From NCBI GenBank assembly GCA_964016885.1, contig OZ024748.1, positions 55,118,001 to 55,182,000 on the forward strand: DNA of 64,000 bases, read 5' to 3'. This stretch comes from Eledone cirrhosa (taxonomy: Eukaryota). The notes beneath the pieces were generated by a model that saw nothing but the letters and a program-made list of their open reading frames with translations, was not told the origin of the DNA and did no database searches. Both the position numbers and the translations under genes were made by a program. The stretch's first letter is position 1; each line of letters opens with the position of its first letter. Below are positions 46,254 to 60,565 of the stretch, one piece after another.

Positions 46254-46465
46254 AGGCGTGTGGCTGAGTGGTTAAAGAATTGGATTCGCAATCGTGAGGT
46301 TATGAGTTCGATTCCTGGACCAGGCGATGCGTTATGTCCTTGAGCAAGACACTTTATTTCACGTTGTTCCTTCTACCTGGAGTTGCGACCGATAGAGAGT
46401 ATTAGCAATTGGAAAGACCAACGGAAACATTATTTCCTCGGTCCGATTTGACGAAAGTCGATCGT
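46254..46465 (+). mobile_element. tRNA-derived SINE, family C (CORE-like domain)
   Basis: A box TGGCTGAGTGG, B box GAGTTCGATTCC, TGTCCTTGAGCAAGACACTTTA; copies at 48800-49001(-), 49744-49955(+) and ~53700-53790(+). Confidence 0.8.
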
Positions 46466-47887
46466 TAAAAAAAAATATATATACAGAGAGAGAGAGGGTG
46501 GTGGTGATGCGAGAATTCTGCAAGGTTTTTCAACATCTCTTTTACGCTTATTCTTTTGTGATATAAATTATTGTTGAGTTCTTCCTTAGACACAAACTTA
46601 CAAATATACGAGTGAAGTGCTGAGATTGTGTAATGTTCTTCGCGTTATCTTTGTCTACAGTGGGCTTTCTGCAGTATTGCAGTGGGCTTTCTTCGGATTA
46701 TATACATGCTTCTATACATTAATCTTGTTTTATAGTTAACATATGCGAAAAAGAGAAAATGACTTAATGTAACCACTTCATTTAGAATATCAGCTTAAAT
46801 GAGATTAATTAATCTAAACTAATGAAACTAAACTAAAAGTAAAGAAATTAATTCATAAATATGTTGCTGGCGATTTCAGCTGAGAACAGAAAAAAAGTAA
46901 CCATTCTCAATAGAGATCTAATAGTAAATTAAATAACTACATTTACATAGCAAATTATTCGTAACGCAGTCAATGCTAATGAACGCTATATTCACTTGTC
47001 TCACAGCTTAAGGTTTTGAGAGCAGTATTTAATCGAAACAGATACCTGCGATTTAATGACGTCGCTTGATGTGTTTACTCCTGGTGAAATTAACTAATAA
47101 TTTGTGATGAACAATTTACTAGTAACATGCAGCAGATTTTATCCTTAACACCATTAACTTCTGTATTCAGCAATTCCTTCACGTCACTTCTGATATTGTC
47201 AACGCCATTTTTAATAAATACATATTTGCGCTTGAATTTTCTCGTTTAACACTGAAGTGTGTGATTAGCCAGATTCTGAGTCAATTCCGATATTCTCACT
47301 GCATTATTTAAGAAATTAGTAACCTTAGTCGCATATAATATAACATTGCGTCAGAAAATAAATTATATAAATACATCTGTTACATACAATATTCTCAGAA
47401 GTTAGCTGCGTGGCAACAGTTTACGTTCATTCTTTTGCGATCAGCCATTTGTTTCAGCACCAACGTCGATCTACTGAGGGTCAAAAGACCAAGTAAAATT
47501 AGAATAAACGGGTTTATTATCAACTATATCAACATGAACATAGATGAATAAGCAATAAATATTTCATTTTGTTTGGCTCAAATAAGATTTGCCGACGCCA
47601 CACTCTTGCTAAATTGATAATTTCTCCTGATACATCATCTTTAGATATTTAAGCAAGGGTATCCAGGAGAAGTTTGCTAAGGCGAACCCAGACTGCATGC
47701 GGGCTATATGGGGTGTTGCTAGGGAGCTTCTCTTAAACCTGAAGCTCCTGTTAGATCCCTACTTAGGTTTGTGTTGTTTGATATATATCTATATAGATTT
47801 GCAAAAACTGAACAAGATCGAAAATAATGTTTTCGTATTTATTCATATTGAGATTGTTCAATAGAACACACACAAACACACACACAG

Positions 47888-47926
<39 letters not shown>

Positions 47927-48799
47927 TTCTACATGAATAGAAGTACTTCGTTCGTATAAAATCATCAGGAAAGAAATGAAGTTACTTGCGAATATGGAAG
48001 CAGCATGGCCAAATAGTTACGAATGCATGCCTTATGAATGCAGTGAATCGAGACGAATCCCACAAAGCATTCTATCCGACTCCTTAAATATTTAAGAATA
48101 TCACTTCTTAATCATGAGTTTCCAGGCTTGGTATCTTAAATAAGTGTCAATTTACATAGCAGCTGAGTGAAACTTAGTAAAAGTAAGATATTTTGAATCC
48201 CATTTGATGGGCTGTAATTGCAATTCAGAGGCCCAATGTTGTTACACAGTGTGTCAAGAGAATTACGTTAAGGATAAACGCTCCAGGATTGTGAGGCTGT
48301 TTGCAACTTAGATGGAGGAACAATGAAATCTGGTTTCAAAATATTCATGTATCTCGTTGTATGTCTTCGTCCATTGCTTTTGTTTTATTCACATAAGAAA
48401 TATAAGTTAATATAATGGTGTGAATATTTCACATTCGGTAGTCTAGTATTTCCTGCATTAGAGATGATATTGCTGTTCATTCAATCTTAAAGCGAATCTT
48501 GAAATGAAGATCAACAATATTTAATTCCTTAGCAAACACTTTACCTAGTTGATATCAACACACCTTGTGGCATTCTGGAATAAAAACAGTATATTGCCAG
48601 TGATACTATAGGACTTATCGATCCATATGCTATCACCGTCGTTGACCAATATACATGTCCATCAGAAAAATCATCTACCATGTACACTAAACTTCTAAAA
48701 GGTCGCTGTAGTTTAAAAGATATAAAAGATATATTAAATACTATCGCACTTTGATCGATCGAGAAGTTCCCAGACCTCACTCGCTTACTGAGTGTGGTG

Positions 48800-49001
48800 G
48801 ACCTCGTCAATTCAGACCAAGGAAACAATGTTTCCACTAGTCTTTCCGTTGCGGATACTATCTACTGGTCGCAACTCCTGGCAGAAAGAGCAATGTAAAA
48901 TAAAGTGTCTTTCTCAAGGAAACAACGCATCAGCCGGTCCGAGTATTGAACTCGCAACCTCACGATTTCGAATCCAACTCTAACCGCTAACCCATGCGCC
49001 T
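48800..49001 (-). mobile_element. SINE family C, diverged
   Basis: Reverse-complement similarity to 46254-46465. Confidence 0.7.
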
Positions 49002-49502
49002 TAAATAATATAGTGAAATGGACCCTAAAAAAAGTTGGATGGTAAGAATTTAAAAGGTTTCAGAATTGATCTAGTGTTAAACTGTAACAGCAACCAACAC
49101 CGTTCATTATTTGCAATCGTGTCTCAAGATATTCGTTGGTGCAAATTCATATACATGATTAAACAATTACTCTCTCAGCAACGCACACAACTATTTGTAG
49201 CAAACATTCACTTCTTCCGAGTAAGATAATGCATAGTCTACATATATGCATAGGAAAATACACCTTGAAGCACTCAAAAGCAACAACAAAAATAAAACTT
49301 AATTCAATAGTCTTACGCTCAACTTAGTCCATTCACTAATTAGCCCACTCACAGTCTTTTTTCTTGAAGATCTATCTACTTACCTATCTACATTTTTTGT
49401 AAACGTCAATGTATGTATTCCAAACTAGACACGTTGGATGCCTGTATAGTTGAAACTATAAACAAATATGACATTTTAAGTACAATGTATCTATCTATCT
49501 AT

Positions 49503-49651
49503 ATGGTGGCTGCCAACTCGTTTTCGAGTACGGCCATTACTTTATATCCATGTAGGAGAACCCCGAACCGATGCGCTGAACAAGTGTGATTTTTTAGTCC
49601 AGCCAGCGACTTGAAAACTCTGGTACAAACACTACACTTGTGACAATTATT
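49503..49651 (-). mobile_element. Bipartite RTE element, 3' fragment (copy 3)
   Basis: Encodes NNCHKCSVCTRVFKSLAGLKNHTCSAH; matches 3842-3992. Confidence 0.75.
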
Positions 49652-49743
<92 letters not shown>

Positions 49744-49744
<1 letters not shown>

Positions 49745-49955
49745 CGCGTGTGGCCGACTCGTTAGAGAATTAGATTCGTAATCTTGAGGTTGCAAGTTCG
49801 ATTCCTGGAATGGGTGATGCGTTATGTCTTGAGCAAGACACTTTATTTCACGTTGCTCCTTCTACCTGGAGTTGTGACCGATAGATAGTACTAGCAACAG
49901 GAAAGACCAACGGAAACATTCTTTCCTCGGTCCTATTTGACGAAAGTCGATCGAT
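49744..49955 (+). mobile_element. SINE family C
   Basis: B box AAGTTCGATTCC; body near-identical to the 46254 copy. Confidence 0.8.
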
Positions 49956-49960
49956 CATTA

Positions 49961-49993
<33 letters not shown>

Positions 49994-50035
49994 CAAATTA
50001 CAAAATATGAGGAAATACACTTATTTTTTCTTCAA

Positions 50036-50130
50036 AGTCCTGACTGCAGTTTCGCCGATCTGTGTGCAACGGATACTGCACCATGAAAGTGAATCATCGC
50101 TGTGAGGTTCATACGGCTTTTCAAGAGACC
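50036..50130 (-). ncRNA. Hammerhead-like motif, U3-A8 variant with branched stem II
   Basis: GGUCUC-UUGAAAA-GCCG-[~56 nt with two sub-hairpins]-CGGC-GAAA-CUGCAG-UC-AGGACU. Confidence 0.6.
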
Positions 50131-50682
50131 CCTCAGAAAAGAAGGACTGTTTCTTGACGCGTTCATAGGAAGTGAGAAAGTCTCAGAGGCGGAGGGAGAG
50201 ATTAACACGTGATACAGTGGTCAAACACAGACTGTTTCTTTCGTAGCAAGTGAGAAATTTTCAAGAGGCGGGGAGAGTGATTAACACATGATACAGTGGT
50301 CACAGAAGGGTAGTAAGGTGGACAGAGAGCGAATAACTTATTTGCTAGAAAAAACAGTTAATACACACACACACACATTATATATATATACATATATATA
50401 TATACTACTAAAATTCGGCGATTGCTTGCTTGTCTGTAATGTAATGCAGCCAAAAGGGTGCATAATGGGAAAATACTTTGAAATGAAGTTGACCCTGAAA
50501 TGGGATTATAAATGGAATAAAACAAGTTTCACTTAAATCAGTGTACAGGTATTTCCGGGTACCTTCATAAACAGAGAGAGAGAGAGAGAGAGAGAAGGGT
50601 AGAGACAAAAAGGTAGTGGTTGTGAGAGAGTAGATTGAAAGAGAGACATAGAGAGAGAGAGGGAGAGGAGACTGAGAAGGCG

Positions 50683-50714
<32 letters not shown>

Positions 50715-50728
50715 CTAGTGGTGTTTTA

Positions 50729-50834
<106 letters not shown>

Positions 50835-50903
50835 ACCAGTGTATATAGATCACGGACACCCACATATATATATACACACACACATACATATATATATATA
50901 GAT

Positions 50904-51488
50904 ATGGTGGCTGCCAATGCGTTTTCGAGTACGGCCATTACTTTATATCCATGTAGGAGAACTCCTACCGATGCGCTGAACGAGTGTGACTTTTTAGTCC
51001 AGCCAGCGACTTGAAAACTCTGGTACAAACACTACACTTGTGACAATTATTGACACATAGTGCTGGGCCCATGGTACCATGTGACGACAAGTGCAGAGAG
51101 ATCTCCAGATATAAAGCAATGCCTGTGCCGTGAAGCTTTTATAGTGAGCAAAGGCACTGCACAAAGCCAGTCCCACTCTCTTAACCAAGATGATATTTAC
51201 CAAAAATAAGAACAAGTCAACATCATTGGATACTATCAGGGTTGCAGGTGTTATATCAGAGTTTTCCTTCTCCTAGAATTCTGCCTTGACAAAGGCTAAG
51301 GGGTCATCACTTCCGGTGATTTTGGATGGCCATTGACTCTTAAGAGCTCCTTTGCCATTTGACAGGTTTTGTTTTCAGTCCTGCAGGATGTCCAAAGTCA
51401 CCCTCCTCACCAAGAAACCTTGGTGGGGTTGCCAGTTTAGTCGCCAACGACCCGTCCATGAGACAGCTTGTACTGGGATACATGTTAC
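50904..51488 (-). mobile_element. Non-autonomous bipartite RTE-type retroelement, copy 2
   Basis: Collinear reverse complement of 3405-3992 with scattered substitutions; (TA)n flanks. Confidence 0.75.
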
Positions 51489-51670
51489 ACATATTTATAT
51501 ATATATATACATACATGTATATATATGGGCCTTCCAGTTTCATTTCACGTTATATAAATGTCTGTATATATCTTAATCATTTAAAAATTATTTTTAAGTG
51601 ATCATGATTTAAAAAGAATATTTTGAAGTGAACGTGACCTAACGTGTCACGGCTGGTCTCGTATATATTA

Positions 51671-51884
51671 ACATTGGGGGTTATTTATGTATAGAGAACT
51701 CAGAGAATTTATAAATTTCGTAGCAGAAATCTCAGTGAATCTCCGTAGAGTCGGGATGACGGTGACCTGCTTGAGGACAGTGTCCGGCGAGGTGCCCTGG
51801 CTGCTACAGCGGGGGTGTCTGGCCAATATCCTCGGTAATGCTTTTGCCATTTTTGTGCACTCTAATACGGTCGTAAAACAATGA
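51671..51884 (+). pseudogene. CRE-like (RLE-type) non-LTR retrotransposon C-terminal fragment
   Basis: TLGV... then WLLQRGCLANILGNAFAI, resembling the W/YL.QR.S.A..RGNA..I terminus of CRE-clade endonucleases. Confidence 0.5.
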
Positions 51885-52354
51885 ACTAACTAACTACCTA
51901 CTTCTGATTTCTGTCTTCTTTTCATCGTTCTATGTACAAACATATATGTAAGTGATTCTGTAACCTGGACAGATCTTCTTCAAAGATACCTTCAGTAGTG
52001 ATCACCTACCATAAGAAATACTGGTTACATTGTTTAATATTGCTGCAACCATCTCTGCTAGGACATTAAGTTTTAACAACGGTATCAGCCCCACCACAAG
52101 CAGGTGGAAAACTATATATATATATAATTTGGTATAATTTCACCCAACTTGTAGAAATCTTATAATGAAACGAGTCGTCTGGGAGGTGATATATTTGATA
52201 TATCTCATATGAAATGATACAGCCAATTCTCCACACAATACAATATAGTTAGCACCCCGAACGTTTAATTAGGAATATACTCAGATATTTCCTAATGTTT
52301 GTTGAGTGAGTTGGAATTTGGCCGGAGTATCGCTATTAGATTTCTCCGTTTATG

Positions 52355-52391
<37 letters not shown>

Positions 52392-53375
52392 TTACACGTC
52401 GTTACACCCATACCTTATTATAGAACACCAAAATTGAATCCCTTTTTCGTTTGCTTCTGAAGCTACTACAATGCTAGAGAAAATGCTCGTTACATTTAAC
52501 CTAGGAAATAAAGTACCCTGTCGTATTGTGTTTGCAGTCGGGTCACTGAAGTGCATCAAGCATTGTCACAATACCTATTAGGCAATATTATTCCTCGATA
52601 TATGTGTATTACAAATCCCATTGTGTGCCTCAAATATTTTTGTATTCCATACAACTTGCCTGTTTGATGTTTATCGGTGTTATCGATCCCAAGTGAAAAT
52701 ATTCTTCTATTACCACTTCAAAGTCGAGGCCACCTGTTGATAAAGGGAACCCTCTGTTGTTTTGTCCAGCCTTCCATCTACAAAATGTGATCATAAATTA
52801 ATATGTTTAATATATGGACATGCAAACCTGTCAAACATACGTATTTCTCTTTAAATCGAAAAAAATTATAAACACTTTAAATCGATTTTTATATCATCTG
52901 ATCTACCAAAATCTACTGTTGGCGGCGTAGAGAGGGGAGACCGGTACGCATGGGTGACCGCTGGTTTTCCACAAAAAAACCCCACTTTGCCTTGCCTGTG
53001 CATGGACGAGAACTTTCTAGATGTAAAACCCAGGATCATTCGTGACAAAAGAGTTTTTCACCTTTACCCTTTACCTATACATATATACATTATTTTTTAC
53101 TGATTTCTGCCACCGGTCTGCACCCATACAAGGCAACGCCTTAAATGACGCAAACAGTAATAGTGACAGATAGTAAGTTTTGACATTTTTGTTAGTTATT
53201 TTATCGATTACATTTAATCGAGCCACTAAATGACGCCATCATAGACAATGGTAATGAAACATACACACATAAACACTGACCAACACACATAAATGCATGT
53301 ATACCATAGTATGTATTTTTACTTATAAATACATATATACATACATACATTCATACATACATCTATAATAGATGT

Positions 53376-53464
53376 ATATATTGGATCGTCAAGTATGAAA
53401 TTTGTAGAAATTTGCTTTTTTTCTACAAATTTCCACAAATTTTAAACTTGACGATTCAATATAT
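53376..53464. repeat. Imperfect ~39-bp hairpin
   Basis: ATATATTGGATCGTCAAGTATGAAATTTGTAGAAATTTG / CAAATTTCCACAAATTTTAAACTTGACGATTCAATATAT. Confidence 0.75.
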
Positions 53465-54436
53465 AGTATTGTAGCTTACACGAATTAAACGATTAAAAAT
53501 CAACAATATCGAAATGTATAAGAAACAAAAGAATAAAAATAAAAATAAAAACAAAAAGGCAAAAAACAAAACAAAACAAAACATATTAATTCCTGGTTCC
53601 TAATTTTGACACGACGCCAGTAACTGTTTGGGGAAGGGCAAAGTTGATTAAATTAACCCGAATAATTTACTGGTATTTTTTTTTAATGGGTGTTGGATTT
53701 ACGATCGTAACGATGTAAGTTCGATTCCTGGACGAAATTGTGTGTTGTGTTCTTGAGCAAAACATTTCATTTCACGTGGCTCCAGTACACCCAGAAGAAA
53801 ACGAATACCAGCCGTATCTGGGAGTTGAACCCTCTGATATACTGGTATTCTGTCCACTGGAAAGTCTCGTACTCTCAGTGGATTACAGTCAGGGAGACCG
53901 AGATTAACATCCTTATGAACTTCCAGGTTTTTGAAAGACTCTCGACATTTAGAAGGATGAAGGGAGAAATTGACCTGACTGAGATTTGAAATCAGAATAT
54001 AAGGAGATAGAAGAAATAACACATTGGCGTTTTATCAACGCCCTACCCATTCACCACCTTTCTACAATTATATAATGCGATCAACATGGAATATAACAAT
54101 GGAACATTCAGGAAAAAAAAAATCACAATACAAATGTAAATTATTTTGTGATGCTATATTCATGAAATTCTAAAGCTTTATAAGTCAATCGTTTCAATAA
54201 GTTTCCCTTTAAATGACCTCATCGATTTACAAGGCATTGTAAACAATGAAAACCATTTGTAATATCGGAGTCGTCTTGCCCAAAATATGTTTTTAAGGGC
54301 GTAGATTTCGTTCCGTTTTTCTATAGTTATTCAAAGCGGAAACACTCATAAACAAAAGAACATATTCACAAAACCAAACACACACATACATATAAAAAAA
54401 TGTACACATATATGACAACATCAAAGACTGGACTGA

Positions 54437-54558
54437 TCACAACACCGAGAACCTTCTACGCATGACGGAGAATAGAGACCAGTGGCGACGACGGATTGCA
54501 AAAGCCTTTAGTGTGGCACCCCAACGACTAACTGCCCCAGTTGCGGGAACATGATGAT
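54437..54558 (+). pseudogene. RTE-clade LINE extreme 3' end
   Basis: TENLLRMTENRDQWRRRIAKAFSVAPQR followed by a (TGA)n tail. Confidence 0.6.
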
Positions 54559-54568
54559 TATATATATA

Positions 54569-54612
<44 letters not shown>

Positions 54613-54643
54613 AACACATAAAAACAGTTACACACACGTGTAT

Positions 54644-54680
<37 letters not shown>

Positions 54681-55327
54681 CACACACACATACACCCACA
54701 CACACTGCCACAGACATACAAACATACAAATACACATCCATATTATTTATTCAAATTTGAAAGATTGTTTCGTTATCACTCATATCACCCCGACGTCTAT
54801 GGTAGCTTAAATGCCGTCATTCAACATGCTAGAAATAGGAACCAAATATATTCCAAGCTACACCATACAGATATCCTTTTACGAATATTATGCACTGAAT
54901 GAATGACGCAACCTTTTATCATAGATTGGCCCAGCCAGTGTTGACATGAACAAGAAGATGAACAACAACAGCGAAATCAATACGAAAAGGGAAACTACAT
55001 GTATTTTGATGTCTTACTTTCTTTAGCCTCTATTAGACACACACATCCTGCAAATAGATAATAGGCGGTACACCACCTTCTCTACTTATGGAATAGTCCC
55101 ATAAATGTAAAAGGAAAGTAAAATGGAAGAATATTAGCGGTATTTGTTTACAAGTGTATCAGCCATTAGGTTGCGGAGAAGCCGGGGCATCAATAAAATC
55201 AACCTAGGTAGATATTTCTTTCAATCTAGTATCAACCATTTTTTAAACAGCCAATTTATTGGATATAAACTAAAAATAACGTAAACATACACATACATGC
55301 ACACTTACATAGACACACACACACATA

Positions 55328-55759
55328 CGAGGGTCGATTGAAAGGTTCATAAGCTGACCAAGATACCCTCATGGAATGGCTAAATGAGATTTATTTTTCC
55401 ACATAGTCCCTAGAAAGAAAGAATGCTGTTATTAATAAGAAGAGTAGGGCGGCGGATTGGCTCTATCGGTAGAGGGTCGGATGCCATGCTTTGCAATATA
55501 GAGTTACGGACCTTTATGATCTGAGTTCAAATCCCGCCGAGGTTAACTTTGCCTTTCATGCTTACGGGGTCAATAAAATAAAGTACCAGTCACCCACTGG
55601 GGTCGATTTAATTGACTTTCCCGCCCCCGAAATTGCTGACCCTGTGCCTATGTAAGAAAGCGTTATTAATAAGAACAGTTGTAATTAATGCATGCAATAT
55701 TTCACAGCCCTAGCATCTCTCCTTCCTAATCAGCCTATGAAGTTTTCAGTCGACCCTCT
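55328..55759 (+). mobile_element. Mariner-type MITE, copy 2, interrupted by a family A SINE
   Basis: TIRs CGAGGGTCGATTGAAAGGTTCATAAGCTGA / TCAGCCTATGAAGTTTTCAGTCGACCCTC; SINE ~55442-55661 with TSD GTTATTAATAAGAA (55428-55441, 55662-55675). Confidence 0.88.
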
Positions 55760-56125
55760 AACATAGAAAAACACACACGATGAAATGTCACTACTAAAAT
55801 GTCACTCACAAGGAATTGGTCAATCTGTGGTTATAGATAGTGAAGACATTTAGCAAAGGTATTCCGCTGTGAATATGAACGAGAAACCACTGGATTAAGA
55901 AGCGAACTCCTTAACCCCAAAGCCACGTCTGCCCATCTTTATTTGTGACGTTTTAATCTGTCTCATCTAAGAATATGATGGCTCTAGCCGTTGAAATTCT
56001 ACATGTAAGATGTTCAACGGAAAAAAATTTATTATACTAAAAATATTATTTGATTCTATCAAGAGTGTCTTAGATTGACATCTCATGAGATATATAACCA
56101 TAAGTTTCTCAGACAACACACACAT

Positions 56126-56157
<32 letters not shown>

Positions 56158-56225
56158 GTGAAACATTGGAACGGGAACAAAACAGAGAGGCAGTACGAAG
56201 AAAGGTTTATTAGTTTCACGCTCTT

Positions 56226-56268
<43 letters not shown>

Positions 56269-56271
<3 letters not shown>

Positions 56272-56460
56272 GGAAAATGTTCAAGACCCCCGACGACAGA
56301 GCTGAAGGTGTTTCGACGGTTATTTCAGTCCAGAAATAGCCGTCGAAACGGGTTGAGTTCTGCCGTCGGGGTCTTGAACATTTTCCTATTACCGACTCTA
56401 CTATCCAAAGTATTGAGTACTCTGGTGCTTTATGGTCCACCTGGTTCCTTACCACACTTC
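56269..56460 (+). mobile_element. PLE pLTR relic with ~58-bp fold-back
   Basis: Hairpin 56269-56389 with apex GACGGTTATTTC-AGTCCA-GAAATAGCCGTC directly before GAAA-CGG..CCG-UC-GGGG. Confidence 0.7.
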
Positions 56461-56831
56461 ATATATATATCTATCTATCTATCTATCTATATATATATAT
56501 ATGTATGAATGAATGTATGTATGTATAAATGTATGTATGTATAAACAATATACAACTCGTATGTATCATGTTCACATATACAAATATACAGAGGCATATA
56601 CACACACCGAAACCAACTCCCACACACAACAGTGCATGTTCCTGTGTTTGCTTGATGTGTGCGTGTGAAAATACAAACAAGAAGACCTATAATGTATGTA
56701 TATATATATATATATATATATAAAGAATTACTTATGCATACATATATATTAGCAGACGTAGGCATATATATATATATACAGTCATTCCTTAATACTTCAT
56801 CCCCATCACGCAAACACTCACACAGGCACAC

Positions 56832-56865
<34 letters not shown>

Positions 56866-57022
56866 TAATAAAAACAATGAATAAAAACAAAGAAACAGTT
56901 CCTTATATTAAAAAATTCATCATTTTACGATCGTTTCTAGGATATATATGTGTGTTGGTATGCATATATATATATATGTGTGTGTGTTGGTATGTATATA
57001 TATATATATATGTGTGTGTTGG

Positions 57023-57058
<36 letters not shown>

Positions 57059-57379
57059 TGTGTGTGTATGTGTGTCTGTAACAGATGAAATATGAGCAAC
57101 CATTACGCAGATCTGTCATCAGTAGAGGAGATCAGATAGAAGAGTCAGATAACATTTGTTTCGTACCGTTTTAGGCGGCTGCTCTATGCCTCTGCCGAGA
57201 TAATGATAGTTGAGTCAGTTAACCTCCAACATCTATTCGTTTTATTCAAAATTGGAAAGAATTCGTCCCCGCCTCCGCGCGTGCACTCTCCTCTCTTTCT
57301 ATCTCTTTCCCTCAACACACATATATACGTATACATACGTACACACACATACACACACACACATATATATATATATATT

Positions 57380-57602
57380 AATAATAATAAATGTGAAGAG
57401 TAAAATCCGAAGAGGGCTCGTTAAGGATAATATATATATATATATATATATATAAAACCATAGAGCAAATATTTATTAAAATAACAGATTAAAGTTTAAG
57501 CAAAGAATCGTCGCTTTCACACTTAACGGGATTTTTTGAAACTCAGAAGATCCCGTTAAGGGTGAAAGCAGCGATTCTTTGCTTAAACTTTAATCTGTTA
57601 TC

Positions 57603-57608
<6 letters not shown>
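57380..57608. mobile_element. Fold-back of two CAGAAGA-family hammerhead units
   Basis: Minus copy 57493-57543 abuts plus copy 57544-57589; family tail at 57380-57430. Confidence 0.7.
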
Positions 57609-57668
<60 letters not shown>

Positions 57669-58242
57669 CATGGATGAATGTTACTAATTCAGATAACTAC
57701 GATTATTTCTGAACTTAGTATTGTAAAGAAAGTACAGTGTAGATATTATTTAAATGCATCGTTGGTGTAGTTTAAGCTTGACCATCGATACGGTTTACGT
57801 TTGTCTGTGGGGCATATCCCCTGTCCCTGTCTCACACACATATATATACTCTCCCATTTTTATTTTGACGAACGTCTATATTTCCATCCTTCCACCGATA
57901 CCATTTGCATGACTTCTCTGAACCGTATCTAGTTATGTTTGTAGTCGTAACACTTTCTATTTGATTACATAATAACGTTGCTCACCAAATCGAAAGACTC
58001 AATTGTTGTGTCTTATCACTATGTTGTCCTGCTTTCTCATATGTTGTCCTGCTTTCTCCGAACTTCTAAGCCGTCGCTGAACTTGGGTTCAACATTAAGC
58101 AATACCACCCTTATGCATGAAACTGCATTGATCATGAGGTAGCTGATGAGGTTGGTGTGTGCTTTTGTTTATTTATCCGGCACATTTCGTTTTTATCCTC
58201 CTGTGCAACTTTGTTCTTTATTTCTATTCATTATTGTCTAAA

Positions 58243-58404
58243 GGGTGGTGGATGGGGAGTATCTTTAGAACATCGTACGTGGTTTGCAGCATTGTTACGT
58301 CCCTTTGCGTTCTTAGCTTAAATCCCGCCGGGGTTAACTTTGCCGTTCATCCTTACGGGGTCGATAAAATAAAGTACCAGTAATGCACTGGGGTTGATTT
58401 AATC
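58243..58404 (+). mobile_element. SINE family A, diverged head
   Basis: Core TTCATCCTTACGGGGTCGATAAAATAAAGTACCAG. Confidence 0.8.
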
Positions 58405-59355
58405 ATATAAATGATCCATCTATCACACAACTACTTATATTCTGTTCATTGTATCATCAATAAACGATTGGCTTCATAATAAAGGGTGCCTGAATATTAC
58501 CTGAGTATTTGGTGTGTGTTTTTTCTATCAATGACCAATATTTTAGTTCACTGGAAAGATATTTAACCATCAATCATCAGATCCTGATATGCACCACAAA
58601 GCCATATTCTATAATATACAACAATTTTGTAAGGCACTTCACTATCACTTTCAGACAAACGCTTGACTATAAGATAATACTGATTTTGAACTCAGAGAAA
58701 AAAATCTCGTTTTCATACAATAATAATATATGTGATTATGTATGAAATATTTATGTTTTCATAAGTGAAATAAAATGGCTTTATATTGTAATTGAAACCC
58801 TATAGTGAAGTCGATAGACTGAATGCTTAGCGTGGCACTTGGCATCATAAATACTAAAACGAATAACAAAATACTAACTCGCCCCACACATCATCTTCAC
58901 ATTACATTCTTGAAATGATATCAAAACGTAAACGAATATTTCGTATATAATAGAAAAAAAAAATATGAAAGAAAACAACAACCTGGATGGCAGAACAACC
59001 GTACATACAACATTAACAATATTAATAGCAATAATAAACAATGATAATGACAGCTATAATTATGTTATTAAGACAACGTAAGGTTTTCGAGGTTGAAAAA
59101 ATATACTTAGAAAAATAACAGCAACATTAACAAAAACAACAAGCATTCCTTACTCCTCAAAACAACATAAAAAAATATGTTCAGAAAACAAAACAACAAA
59201 ATTTCTGAGAAACTAAACGAAAAGCCTGAGTGATGATCATAATATTATTAATCAACACATCCTAGGACGTACATAGAGACTATCATATCATACACACACA
59301 CAGTATATATATATATATATATATATATATTGCATACGACAAATAAATAAGTATA

Positions 59356-59400
<45 letters not shown>

Positions 59401-59479
59401 ATGTATATATATATTGTAAGCTATAGATGTATAAGTATATGAATATATACTTACAACCACCAAAGCTCCCATCCACACA

Positions 59480-59506
59480 CACACACATATATATATATAT
59501 ACACAC

Positions 59507-59559
<53 letters not shown>

Positions 59560-60160
59560 CATATGTATATATATACACATGTATATATATACACATGTAT
59601 ACATATGTATATATATATATACACACATATATATATATACACATGTATACATATGTATATATATATACACACATATACACATATGTATATATATATACAC
59701 ACACATATACACATATGTATATATATATATACACATATATACACATATGTATATATATATACACACACATATACACATATGTATATATATATACACACAC
59801 ATATACACATATGTATATATATATACACACACACATATACACATATGTATATATATATACACACACACATATACACATATGTATATATATATATATACAC
59901 ACACATAGACACATATGTATATATATATACACACACATAGACACATATGTATATATATATACACACACATAGACACATGTATATATATATATATACACAC
60001 ATATACACATATGTATATATATATATATATACACACACATATACACATATGTATATATATATATATACACACATGTATATATATAGATTCACACATATAT
60101 ATATACACACATATACACATATGTATATATAGAGATTCACACACATATATATATATATAT
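59480..60160. repeat. Compound (TA)n(CA)n-CACATATG microsatellite
   Basis: ~25-30-bp variable unit. Confidence 0.9.
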
Positions 60161-60232
60161 TGAAATGATCATAGTATAATAAACCTTTCAAGGATTTACA
60201 CAAATCCAGCCTCCTCTCATTTCATTATAATA

Positions 60233-60288
<56 letters not shown>

Positions 60289-60514
60289 CAACATAACGCA
60301 AATGGAACACCACATAAATGTCAAATATGTCATAAAATGGTTATATAAAATTTGCCGTATTTATGTGAAACTATCCCATATATATCATGCATTTTTTGTG
60401 ACTGTAATGAAATAAAGGGAGATAATTAGTATTGGACAGTGAACTATTTGTTAAGAAAGAGGCAAGTACACACACTCATTCAAGCATACATCCCATCCTT
60501 ACAACAACAACCCC

Positions 60515-60565
<51 letters not shown>

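Noticed and set aside
47645-47766. Possible coding exon (AG...open frame...GT)
   Set aside because: No recognisable homology; ends look like a decayed GGATCC-type MITE
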